Notes under the pieces: generated by a model | Database searches by the model: none | What the model saw: only the letters and a program-made list of their open reading frames with translations | Told to the model about the DNA's origin: nothing | Part shown: positions 17,505 to 25,573 of the stretch, piece after piece | Numbering within the stretch: position 1 is the stretch's first letter | Layout of the letters: each line of letters opens with the position of its first letter | Source: a virus | Taxonomy: Duplodnaviria > Caudoviricetes | Length of the DNA stretch: 42,014 bases | Direction: 5' to 3' (one strand) | Virus record (IMG/VR): IMGVR_UViG_3300043406_000067 | Coordinates: 1-42,014 of that record | Program-made: the position numbers and the translations under genes

Positions 17505-17906
17505 ATGACAGGCCCGCAGGGGCGTGCGATGCGTCGCCGCCCAGTCTCGCTCGAGGATCGTCTTCACCCGCTCCATCGCTGGTTCGCTCACCGCACCCCG
17601 GCCGGCATCTGGGTCATCGTGGACGAGGCCGGAGATCAGCCGCTCCGCGCTCTCGACCCTGTCGATCGCTGTTCGAACATCCACCTGGCGGCCGCGGCTC
17701 CGGTGCTCCGTCATGAGCTCCGTCGAATCGCGCAGCGGTTCAGCCGCGTCTGCCGGGAGGACGGCACGGAGCAGTACGTCTGGAACTGGAAGTACATCGC
17801 CGCGGCATACTGGGCGATCTCGGAAAGCCGTCCGCTATACGCCGAAACCTGTAGAGCATCGGAGGGCGCAGCGCAACTGGAAATAGAGCTGGACGAGGCG
17901 GCCTAA
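17505..17906 (+). CDS. Phage hypothetical protein (start 17505 or 17529)
   Basis: NIHLAAAAPVL matches the common phage motif NAxLIAAAPxL. Confidence 0.6.
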   Translation: MTGPQGRAMRRRPVSLEDRLHPLHRWFAHRTPAGIWVIVDEAGDQPLRALDPVDRCSNIHLAAAAPVLRHELRRIAQRFSRVCREDGTEQYVWNWKYIAAAYWAISESRPLYAETCRASEGAAQLEIELDEAA

Positions 17907-17932
17907 CATGTCGCATAAGAAGCAGTTGCGCG

Positions 17933-17961
17933 ACTCTATATAAGTAGAGCGCGAGGGCCAA
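17933..17961 (-). promoter_or_regulatory. Putative leftward sigma70-like promoter in an AT-rich patch
   Basis: Minus-strand TTGGCC-N17-TAGAGT; overlapping inverted repeat CTCTA-TATAAG-TAGAG also offers a plus-strand TATAAG. Confidence 0.45.
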
Positions 17962-18031
17962 GAAGCGGCCGACTGTTTCGTCCGGTCAAACCCCAGCCGC
18001 GTTTCGCCACCTCCCCGCATGGAGGTGTGCC

Positions 18032-18460
18032 ATGGAAGGCCTTAGCCGCACCGTGCGCGCCGTACTGGCGCTCACGATCCTCGCCTCACCCGTCGACGCC
18101 GCGCTCCGCACCATCAGCTGGACCACTCCGGCTCAGGGCCGCCAGGTCACCTCGGACTGCGCCAACCCGGTCCCGGTGACATTCCCGGCCGGGACCCAGC
18201 TCATGAACCTCCTCGAGCTGCGCTCCGGCACGCCCACCGGGCCGCTGGTCTGGACCGACTCGCTGACCCGTAGCCCCGGGCTTCCCAACACGCGCCAGAA
18301 GGACTTCCCGCTCGGCGTCTCGTTCCTCACGATCTACTGCCACACGCTCGGCGGCACCATCACTTGGGGCTGCCCGGCCGAGGTGACGGTCGTCGTCAAT
18401 CCCGACACGTGCGTCTGCCCGCCTGTCGCTCCGACCGCCATCACGGTCACCAAGCCGTGA
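18032..18460 (+). CDS. Exported FN3/Ig-like protein
   Basis: GGAGG RBS; signal peptide; ISWTTP at the start and PPVAPT at the end, typical of FN3-like modules; several Cys. Confidence 0.6.
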   Translation: MEGLSRTVRAVLALTILASPVDAALRTISWTTPAQGRQVTSDCANPVPVTFPAGTQLMNLLELRSGTPTGPLVWTDSLTRSPGLPNTRQKDFPLGVSFLTIYCHTLGGTITWGCPAEVTVVVNPDTCVCPPVAPTAITVTKP

Positions 18461-18630
18461 GCAAGCCCGTGAAGCTCTACGGCCGCGTGATGCGCATCGA
18501 GGAGTTCGCCACCGGCAAGGCCTCGATCACGATCAGCATCGAGGCGGCCGACCTCGCCACCTACCAACTCAGCGGCGCCGCGATCACGATCGGCGCGACC
18601 GTCACGATCGAGCGCCAGGTGATCGAGTGA
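18457..18630 (+). CDS. Small hypothetical protein (57 aa)
   Basis: GTGA coupling at both ends; typical codon usage. Confidence 0.55.
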   Translation: MSKPVKLYGRVMRIEEFATGKASITISIEAADLATYQLSGAAITIGATVTIERQVIE

Positions 18631-18968
18631 GCCTCCGCGAGCCCCGGTTCGACCGCTACGAGCACCAGCTCGGCCAGTACCAGGTCACCGCGGCCGCGCG
18701 CGCTCAGTCCATTCGCAGATCACGCGCACGCGCTGAACGCCGACGCATCCAGAACGCATTGGCGCGCGAGGGAAACCGAGCGGCAACTCCTCGCCGTGTG
18801 GGTCGTGGCGGGTCTCGGGAAGGTGCTCCCGCCCGAATCGGTCCCCATGACCGCGCCATTTCTAGCGGGCGCTCGAGCCGGTTGTCTTCGAGGCCTGGCA
18901 CGTCCTCGACTGACACGCGAGCCGGTGACGGCGCCCGCGCATACCTGAACCCACGGAGGGAACGATGA
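18627..18968 (+). CDS. Hypothetical ORF; 3' half may be structured RNA rather than coding
   Basis: Coupled at both ends, but Arg/Ser-rich C-terminal half with atypical codons. Confidence 0.35.
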   Translation: MSLREPRFDRYEHQLGQYQVTAAARAQSIRRSRARAERRRIQNALAREGNRAATPRRVGRGGSREGAPARIGPHDRAISSGRSSRLSSRPGTSSTDTRAGDGARAYLNPRRER

Positions 18969-19144
18969 AGTTCGAGGAGATCAATCTCGGCATGAAGGTG
19001 ATCTGCAGGGTGACCGGTGCCACCGGCGTCGTGACGTGCAAGTCGGAGCATTTAGGCGGGCCACAGCAGGTGCGCCTCGAAGGCGCTCACGAGGGGCGGC
19101 CGTGGGAAGTCTGGGAGCAGGCCTCGCTGGTCGATCCAGAGTGA
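18965..19144 (+). CDS. Small KOW/SH3-like protein (59 aa), absent from the ORF track
   Basis: GGAGGGAAC RBS; translation MKFEEINLGMKVICRVTGATGVVTCK...VDPE. Confidence 0.6.
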   Translation: MKFEEINLGMKVICRVTGATGVVTCKSEHLGGPQQVRLEGAHEGRPWEVWEQASLVDPE

Positions 19145-19145
19145 C

Positions 19146-19182
19146 GAAAAAACGCCCCGGAGAGGCCGCATCTCCGAGGCGC
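19146..19182 (-). terminator. Minus-strand intrinsic terminator-like hairpin
   Basis: On the minus strand CGCCTCGGAGA / TCTCCGGGGCG stem followed by TTTTTT. Confidence 0.5.
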
Positions 19183-19264
19183 CGTCGCTGTTCCCCCGAT
19201 GAGAGAAACAACTAAGTCGCCACAGTAGCCGCGTCGACGATCTCGACGCAAGGAGAAAAGGACA

Positions 19265-20059
19265 GTGCCCAGACCACCGTGGTTCCCGCTATACGTCTCC
19301 GACTACGATGACGACACGCTCGACCTCTCACTCGAGGAGGACGGGCTCTACGGGCGAATGCTCCGTGCCGCCTGGCGCGGATCGCCCGATGGATGCTCGC
19401 TCCCAGCCGACCGCACTCGCCTCGCCCGGATGCTGCGTCTCGACGTGATCCCGGCCTGCCTCGAGATGGTCATAGACCGTTACTGGCGGACCACCGGCGA
19501 CCGCCTGGTGAACCCTCGGCTCCAGCTCGAGGCAAAGACGTCCGAGGAGAGGTCGAGGATGGGGAGAAAGGCCGGCTTGAGATCTGGCAAGGCACGTCGA
19601 AAACGACGCGAACAGGACGTGGAACCGGACGCGAACGCAACGCGAACGGAACCACGAACGAAACGTGAACGGAACAATGAACGGAACGCGAACGCAAGCA
19701 CGAACGAAACGCGAACGGAAGGCCCAACGGAACGCGAACGGAATGCGAACTATTCACAGTCACATTCACAGACACAGTCACAACCCCGTCAGATTCTCGG
19801 TCCTTCTCTCCAGAGTGATACCCATCAGTCCTCCAATCCTCGCCTTGCCAAGGATCAAGCACCGCATGCGATTGCAGCGACGAACGGCGACAAAGGCGAG
19901 AACGGCGAGGACGATTTTCGCTCACGCGAGGAGGACGTCAGCACCCTCGTCGGTGACGTCGCCGGCAAGCTCGCGATGCCCGCCGGACTCACCCCAGAAC
20001 TCGCCGCCGAACGTGACCGCCAGCTGTCCGAGGCACGGGCGAAGTGGGGTGACTCGTGA
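19265..20059 (+). CDS. Replication initiator, DUF1376/YdaU-like
   Basis: PWFPLYVSDYxxDTxxLSxEExGxYxxML and LVNPRL motifs; internal repeat block. Confidence 0.8.
   Translation: MPRPPWFPLYVSDYDDDTLDLSLEEDGLYGRMLRAAWRGSPDGCSLPADRTRLARMLRLDVIPACLEMVIDRYWRTTGDRLVNPRLQLEAKTSEERSRMGRKAGLRSGKARRKRREQDVEPDANATRTEPRTKRERNNERNANASTNETRTEGPTERERNANYSQSHSQTQSQPRQILGPSLQSDTHQSSNPRLAKDQAPHAIAATNGDKGENGEDDFRSREEDVSTLVGDVAGKLAMPAGLTPELAAERDRQLSEARAKWGDS
19631..19783. repeat. Iteron-like array, probable replication origin inside the initiator gene
   Basis: About ten 11-12 bp units with consensus GCGAACG(G/C/A)AAC, then CACA(G/T)T hexamer repeats. Confidence 0.7.
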
Positions 20060-20685
20060 CCATCCGCGACCGGTTCGAGTCGGGTCTCGTCGATCGCCTG
20101 GCAGGTGAGTTCCCGACCCGCGACGCCGACTGGATCGCCGACGAGGTGCTCGAATACCTCGACCTCAACCCCGGCAAGGTGCGCGATAAGTCAGGGTATC
20201 TCCGGGGTGCTTTCCGTCGCGCCGAGACCCTCGACACGCACCGCCGGGGAGCTCGGCCGCGGCATCAGGCCGGGTCAGCTTCGGGTCATCCCTCGGGCGG
20301 CTTCACGTCGGCCGGCCAGTGGGACCCGAACGGCTCGTGGGACTCGCTGGCGTCCAAGCTCGTGCGGAACCTGGTCTGGTGGCGCCGGCGATCACCCTCA
20401 CCGCCCTCGCGCTGCGCGATGCACGCGCTCGAGGTTGGTCGGCTGCTCGGAATCGACCCGCACGAGGTCCTGCCGTCGCTGAACGTCTGGCTCCAGCTCG
20501 CCAGCTACGAGCAGAAGGACAACTGGTACGCGCAGTACGCCCGTGGCCAGAACGCGGCCGAGACGTGCGTGCGACAGGGCGGCGACCCGCGGTTCAGCGA
20601 ACGCGATCTCAACCGGCTGCACGAGTCGTTCGCGGTTCAAGCCGGCGACACATTCAAACCGGTCGAAGCGGCTTCGCCATGGTGA
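20056..20685 (+). CDS. Hypothetical protein downstream of the initiator (helicase-loader position)
   Basis: GTGA coupling; VRDKSGYL motif seen in initiator C-terminal domains; function inferred from position only. Confidence 0.55.
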   Translation: MTIRDRFESGLVDRLAGEFPTRDADWIADEVLEYLDLNPGKVRDKSGYLRGAFRRAETLDTHRRGARPRHQAGSASGHPSGGFTSAGQWDPNGSWDSLASKLVRNLVWWRRRSPSPPSRCAMHALEVGRLLGIDPHEVLPSLNVWLQLASYEQKDNWYAQYARGQNAAETCVRQGGDPRFSERDLNRLHESFAVQAGDTFKPVEAASPW

Positions 20686-20900
20686 CGGCCGGCGCGGGTG
20701 TCCGGAGCTCACGGCAGCCCGAGAGCTGCAATCCCGGGGGCGACGGCCCCGCGTCGGCATGCAGGAGATCGCGATGAACTGCTCGAAGTGCGGTAAGCCG
20801 GGCCACAACGCGCTCACGTGCGGCCGCGAGAAGGGCCCGAAGGTGCGCGTGCTCAAGCCGGGCGTGTCGGGCGCGGACCTGCGGCGTGAGCTCGAGGAAG

Positions 20901-20968
20901 CCGCCGCGGTCGACACGGGGCCGCCGCGGTCGACACGGGGCCGCCGCGGTCGACACGGGGCCGCCGCG
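20901..20968. repeat. Perfect tandem repeat, 20-bp unit CCGCCGCGGTCGACACGGGG x3.4
   Basis: Read directly from the sequence. Confidence 0.97.
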
Positions 20969-20982
20969 CTGTCGCCGCCCGA

Positions 20983-20998
20983 CTGCAGACGTCTGCAC
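20983..20998. promoter_or_regulatory. parS-like palindrome, copy 2
   Basis: Identical to 11031-11046. Confidence 0.55.
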
Positions 20999-21062
20999 CC
21001 GCCGTGCAGGAGATCGAGCTCGTGCTCCGCCTGCGCGTCGTGATCGAGGTCGAACGGACGCC

Positions 21063-21158
21063 ATGAGCTGGCAAGCCGGAGTCGTCGTCTTCGTGGCGGC
21101 CATGATCTGCGGTGCGTTCTGCATCTGGGCGGGCTGGCGAGAGGGCCCGAGGTCGTGA
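21063..21158 (+). CDS. Small single-pass membrane protein (31 aa)
   Basis: MSWQAGVVVFVAAMICGAFCIWAGW; coupled to the next gene. Confidence 0.5.
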   Translation: MSWQAGVVVFVAAMICGAFCIWAGWREGPRS

Positions 21159-21715
21159 GCCGCTTCCGGCGTGGCCCCTCGACGTCACTGCTCGAGCGTG
21201 TGCTGCAGCGCCGCATCGTCGAGGTGCTGGAGGCGTGGGGCGTGAAGATCGACGTCACACGGGCGAATGTGAGCGCGCGCGGGGTCGGGCGGAACGACGC
21301 CGCGAAGGGATTCCCCGACCTGGTCGGCTGCCTGCCGTGGGGCCAGTACCTCGCGATCGAGGTCAAGCGCACCGGCGAGAAGCTGCGTCCCGATCAGGCG
21401 GCGTGGATCCTCGAGGCCGCGCGGCGTTCGGAGTGGGCGCTGCTGGTCGTGGCCGACTCGCTCGAGGAGCTGACGCCGCTGCAGGCGATGGTCGCCCAGT
21501 GGCGGAACCGGCCGGACGAGAGCGCCTCGGCGTTCATGGTGTACCACCGCGCGCGCTGGCAGCCGCTCCGGGACCAGGCGCTCGAGCTCGCCGCGATCGT
21601 TCAGGCGAAGCAGGACGAGAAGGTCGTGCGCCCACGCCGGCCAGTGCAGCCGAAGCCAGAGCCGCGCCGCGCCGGGATGCCCGAGGACCTGTTCACCGGA
21701 GGCGGTGCGCGGTGA
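21155..21715 (+). CDS. VRR-NUC-like PD-(D/E)XK nuclease / resolvase
   Basis: ExxLQxxI, KGFPDL, LAIEVK and LRPDQxxW motifs. Confidence 0.85.
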   Translation: MSRFRRGPSTSLLERVLQRRIVEVLEAWGVKIDVTRANVSARGVGRNDAAKGFPDLVGCLPWGQYLAIEVKRTGEKLRPDQAAWILEAARRSEWALLVVADSLEELTPLQAMVAQWRNRPDESASAFMVYHRARWQPLRDQALELAAIVQAKQDEKVVRPRRPVQPKPEPRRAGMPEDLFTGGGAR

Positions 21716-21798
21716 TCTGGATCCTCGCGTTCCTGCTGCTGGTCTTCGCGATCGTGATGATCGTGCTCGCCGGTGCGACCGACGACCGCGAGCCATGA
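21712..21798 (+). CDS. Small membrane protein (28 aa)
   Basis: GGAGG RBS; hydrophobic IWILAFLLLVFAIVMIVLA; coupled at both ends. Confidence 0.5.
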   Translation: MIWILAFLLLVFAIVMIVLAGATDDREP

Positions 21799-21929
21799 TC
21801 ACCGAGCGCGACCTGCAGACGCGACGGATCGCGCGCTGCGTTCTCGCGGCGCTGGTCGTGCTCGCGATCGTCGGCGTCGTCGCTATCGCCTACTTGGTTG
21901 GCGGGTCGTGCTCGCCGATGCTACCGTGA
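21795..21929 (+). CDS. Small membrane protein (44 aa)
   Basis: ATGA coupling; TM segment CVLAALVVLAIVGVVAIAYLVG. Confidence 0.5.
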   Translation: MITERDLQTRRIARCVLAALVVLAIVGVVAIAYLVGGSCSPMLP

Positions 21930-22010
21930 CACCGTTCAGGAGCGTCCCGTCTTCTCGGGCTGGGGACGTCGCAGATCGTTTCGGATCTCCAGCCTCGGAA
22001 AGGGAATTCC

Positions 22011-25000
22011 ATGGGCGCCCGCATCACCCTGGCCGCACTCGCGGCCCTGCTCCTCGCGGCTGACGCCAGCGCGATCACGTTCCACGCGAATCTCGACGCC
22101 TGCCTGACCGATAGCGTCGCCGTGACGCGGCTGCTCTCGATCGGGATCCCCGCCCTCGGCGACTCTGCGATCGAGCCCTACTACGGCGCCAAGCTGAAGC
22201 GCATCGCCGGCAACACCGGCGTCGCGATCGCCGGCCTGAGCGGCGGCGGCAACTGGGCCGCAGCGGCACGACCGAGCAGCTACCGTGCGCAGCCGTGGAG
22301 CTCCGACGAGAACCGCCTGCTCCTCGAGCAGAGCGCCACGCCGAAGAAGCTGATCCTCGACGGCAAGTCGTTCGCTGCGATCAAAAGCGAGACGAACTGC
22401 GCACCGCTCGACTCGGCGTCGATCGGCATGATCCGCTGGCATCCGGCCGAGGCCGGGATCGCGATCGCATGGAATCGCGACCACAACAAGCTCACGTGGT
22501 TCAACTCGAGCACGTGCGTCACGGCGAAGTCGTTCCAGATCCCGATCGGTGGGACCACGGCGGCGCGCCGGGACTCGGCCGACTTCGGCATCACCGAGGA
22601 CGGCACCATCTCGGACGACGGCCGGTTCATCGCGCTCGTGACCCGCTACAAGCGCACGACGTCGGCCGAGAAGGCCGCGAACGCGCTGCACTCGGACACA
22701 CTCGTCCTGGTCAACATGCAGAAGGGCGGCGCCGGCGAGGTCGGCGGGTACTACACGCTGCCGCCGCTGCCTTCGACCTGGGCGAGCAGCTCGAACGGGC
22801 AGATCGCGAGCGTCGGCGTCTCGACCTCGGGCAGCTACGTCGTCGTCAAGTACGCGGGGACGCCGGCCTATCAGCGGGTCTTTCATCGAGGGGCTGACGC
22901 CTCGCTCGACACGACCTCGCTCGCGGTGTTCCCGCATGCCATGGCCGCCGCGGGATTGCGCATGAAGGCGGCGCAGGACTCGACCCTTGGCTGGATCGCA
23001 TGCATGGACGGCGCCGACTTCAACACCACCAGCTCGAGCGTGGAGGTCCTGGTCGGCAATGAGCGCGACGTGGCCAACTCGGGCGACTCGAATCAGGGCT
23101 GGGACGAGTCGCAGAACGGTGCGCAGAGCGACTCGGGCGGCGTGGTGATGGTCGAGCTCGCGACGGGGCTTCATCGGCACGTGACGTGGGGACGGTCGCG
23201 GCTCACGGGCGCGCTCGAGGCCGAGGTCGCACACACGTCGGGCCGCGCCTATTCGCGCCGCAACTGGCAGCTCGTCACCTACGCCGAGACCGCGAACCCC
23301 TGGTACAAGGGCGAGATCGCATATTGGTACCTCGACGGCGACTTTTCGTCGGCGCATCCGACGCGGCGCGTGATGCGCATCGGCCAGGCGCGCTCGGACA
23401 TCGCGGCGACCGTCACGTCCGAGCCTGACGCCGTGCCCTCGCCGGCGGGGTCGCGCATCCTGTTCGCGTCGAACTTCTGCGAGCCGTCCTGCGTCGGCCC
23501 GGGCGACACCGACGTCAAGGCCTACGTCTACGACCTGCGCACGCCGGCCACGAAGCGGATCTGGATGTCGGCGACGTCGCCCGACTCGAACTACACCGGA
23601 TATTCCGCGACGTACCCGGCGAAGCTGATCCAGCGCGTGGCGCGGCTCCATGGTGCGCACAATGGCTCGAACGTGGTCGTCTCGCTCGGGCCCGGCACCT
23701 ACTCGGCGTTCCCGTCGACGAACTACACGCCGCTCGGCGGCAAGCGGATGAGCTGGTACGGCGATCTTGCGAACCCCTCGACCACGATCATCGGTGCATC
23801 GGCAACGATCGACGTTCCCTACGTCACCATTCGCGGCGTTCGGATCAACGGCGATATGGCGTTCAACCACCCCGCGAAGCACGACTCGCTCGGGTCGTCG
23901 ATCCTGACCGGGTGGTTCGACATGGACGGGGCCGACGACTGTACGTTCGCCGACAACACGTTCCTGACGACGCAGATCACGATGGCGCGATACCCGCTCA
24001 AGGTGGAGAACGCCGCGACGGTACGCGACACGTTTGTTCGGAACGTGATGGTCAACCTGACGGCCAACGGTGGCGAGCCCGGCCTGTACATGGGCACTTG
24101 CCGCAAAGCCGGCACCGCAGATCCGCCATGGTATCGGCGCCTCGTGGACTCGCTCTACTTCCGCGACAACCGCGTGACGATCACGAACTCCTCCGCGACG
24201 GGCGGCACGGCGCTGTGGAAGATGTTCCACGTCCGCCACTCCCAGTTCATCGGGAACCGTTTCACGCTGACGAACAACAGTACGGGCACGACCTGCGATG
24301 AGTGCGATTTCGCGATGGTGCTACGCGATTCGAGCTTCGGGAACGACTTCAGCCGGGACACGATCATTGCGCGTGGATCTGGAAACAACCAGTTGCTGTT
24401 CACCGATTCCGGGGCGCACCCGAAGACCGTCCACTCGATCACCGTGGACTCGTGCTACATCTCGGTTAAGAACAGCAACCCCGCAAAGTACGCGCTCTAT
24501 TTTCAGGATGCGATTGACCGCGATGTCTTCACTTACAACGTGATCGTGAGTGAGGGCGGCGCGCAGACGATTCACATCGACGACTGGCGCGGCACAAACG
24601 TGTTCGATCACAACACGATCGTCGGCGACCGCGGCAGTTCGACCACGCGCAATTCTGGAATCTTCGGCGTCGATCATCATGGATTCCAGATCTCGACCTG
24701 GGGATCTCTCACCGGGACCGACAGCGTGAAGATCACCAATAACGCAATTTACTCGACGCGGCCGGCGGCGATCGGACAAGCGTCGTCGAACACCGAAGCG
24801 TGCCGGTGGTTCGACCTCCACGACTATGACGGCTTGAACACGAACGAAACGGCGATGAAGGCGCGGCTGGTCTCGGACTGGAACGCTTATTTCACGGCGT
24901 CCTACGGCGCGACCCGAGGAGACAGATCAATCGGGATAACGCTACCTCTGAGCGCGGATGGCAATGAGCTGAGCGTGCCCGGCAATGGCGGCCCATTCGA

Positions 25001-25571
25001 GACCCGCTATCCGAAGAAGGACTCGCTGTCAGTGTTCGGACCAATGCAGTTCGACCTTGGCGGGCCCGACTCGATCGCGGCGAATGGCGACTCGCTGTTC
25101 AATCCGGCGCCGGGGCCGCTGTCGATCCTGATCGGGAACGGGAAGAGCGGGTCCGACATCGGCGCCGTTACGGCCTATGCCGTTCCCAAACTTAGAAGTG
25201 ATCTCGATCAGTACCTGAACGACCAGCTCCAGGTGAACAACAACGGACCGCTGAACGTCTACAAGTCGGCCGAGACGATCGGGCTTCCGGATACGGTTTA
25301 TGTCTACCTCACGAACGAAGGCGGCGCAGAGATCGAGGTCGGCGGCATGGTGGATGGCGATTCCGCCGATGGATTCACGCCGTCGTTCAGCAGCACGACG
25401 ATTGCGGTCGGAGCGACCGAGACCGTGCGCATCATCGTGAACCCGCCGTCGGCGGCAACGCGGTTTCCAGGCTGGACGTTCCACACGAATGATCCGAAGC
25501 GCCCGACGTTCGCCTTCTGGATGAACTTCAACGACTCGGGACCGCCGCGCGGCGGACCAGGAGGGCCGTAG
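22011..25571 (+). CDS. Large exported multidomain protein: TolB/Ogl-like beta-propeller, right-handed beta-helix, C-terminal Ig-like (ASH-type) domain
   Basis: Signal peptide ending ADASA; YRAQPWSSDE and EPDAVPSPAGSRILFASN propeller motifs; FxxNxF/FDHNTI beta-helix rungs; LTNEGGAEIEV and HTNDPKRP Ig motifs. Confidence 0.7.
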   Translation: MGARITLAALAALLLAADASAITFHANLDACLTDSVAVTRLLSIGIPALGDSAIEPYYGAKLKRIAGNTGVAIAGLSGGGNWAAAARPSSYRAQPWSSDENRLLLEQSATPKKLILDGKSFAAIKSETNCAPLDSASIGMIRWHPAEAGIAIAWNRDHNKLTWFNSSTCVTAKSFQIPIGGTTAARRDSADFGITEDGTISDDGRFIALVTRYKRTTSAEKAANALHSDTLVLVNMQKGGAGEVGGYYTLPPLPSTWASSSNGQIASVGVSTSGSYVVVKYAGTPAYQRVFHRGADASLDTTSLAVFPHAMAAAGLRMKAAQDSTLGWIACMDGADFNTTSSSVEVLVGNERDVANSGDSNQGWDESQNGAQSDSGGVVMVELATGLHRHVTWGRSRLTGALEAEVAHTSGRAYSRRNWQLVTYAETANPWYKGEIAYWYLDGDFSSAHPTRRVMRIGQARSDIAATVTSEPDAVPSPAGSRILFASNFCEPSCVGPGDTDVKAYVYDLRTPATKRIWMSATSPDSNYTGYSATYPAKLIQRVARLHGAHNGSNVVVSLGPGTYSAFPSTNYTPLGGKRMSWYGDLANPSTTIIGASATIDVPYVTIRGVRINGDMAFNHPAKHDSLGSSILTGWFDMDGADDCTFADNTFLTTQITMARYPLKVENAATVRDTFVRNVMVNLTANGGEPGLYMGTCRKAGTADPPWYRRLVDSLYFRDNRVTITNSSATGGTALWKMFHVRHSQFIGNRFTLTNNSTGTTCDECDFAMVLRDSSFGNDFSRDTIIARGSGNNQLLFTDSGAHPKTVHSITVDSCYISVKNSNPAKYALYFQDAIDRDVFTYNVIVSEGGAQTIHIDDWRGTNVFDHNTIVGDRGSSTTRNSGIFGVDHHGFQISTWGSLTGTDSVKITNNAIYSTRPAAIGQASSNTEACRWFDLHDYDGLNTNETAMKARLVSDWNAYFTASYGATRGDRSIGITLPLSADGNELSVPGNGGPFETRYPKKDSLSVFGPMQFDLGGPDSIAANGDSLFNPAPGPLSILIGNGKSGSDIGAVTAYAVPKLRSDLDQYLNDQLQVNNNGPLNVYKSAETIGLPDTVYVYLTNEGGAEIEVGGMVDGDSADGFTPSFSSTTIAVGATETVRIIVNPPSAATRFPGWTFHTNDPKRPTFAFWMNFNDSGPPRGGPGGP

Positions 25572-25573
25572 CC

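Larger units (their letters stand above)
20774..21066 (+). pseudogene. CCHC zinc-knuckle gene frameshifted by a tandem repeat (stops at 21043 as assembled)
   Basis: AGGAG RBS; CSKCGKPGHNALTC knuckle; removing one 20-bp unit restores a frame ending at the TGA coupled to ATG 21063. Confidence 0.6.

Noticed and set aside
17490-17714. Minus-strand 74-aa ORF ending just before the RHH start
   Set aside because: Overlaps the plus-strand gene that carries the recognisable NxxLxAAAP motif; not fully excluded
20901-20968. Mini-CRISPR or iteron interpretation of the 20-bp repeat
   Set aside because: No spacers, and a better iteron block lies in the initiator gene
21936-24239. 767-aa antisense ORF and other long shadow ORFs (13896-15665, 27047-28702, 35829-37115, 37301-39010)
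   Set aside because: Arg/Gly-rich translations without motifs, opposite well-supported genes; expected in high-GC DNA
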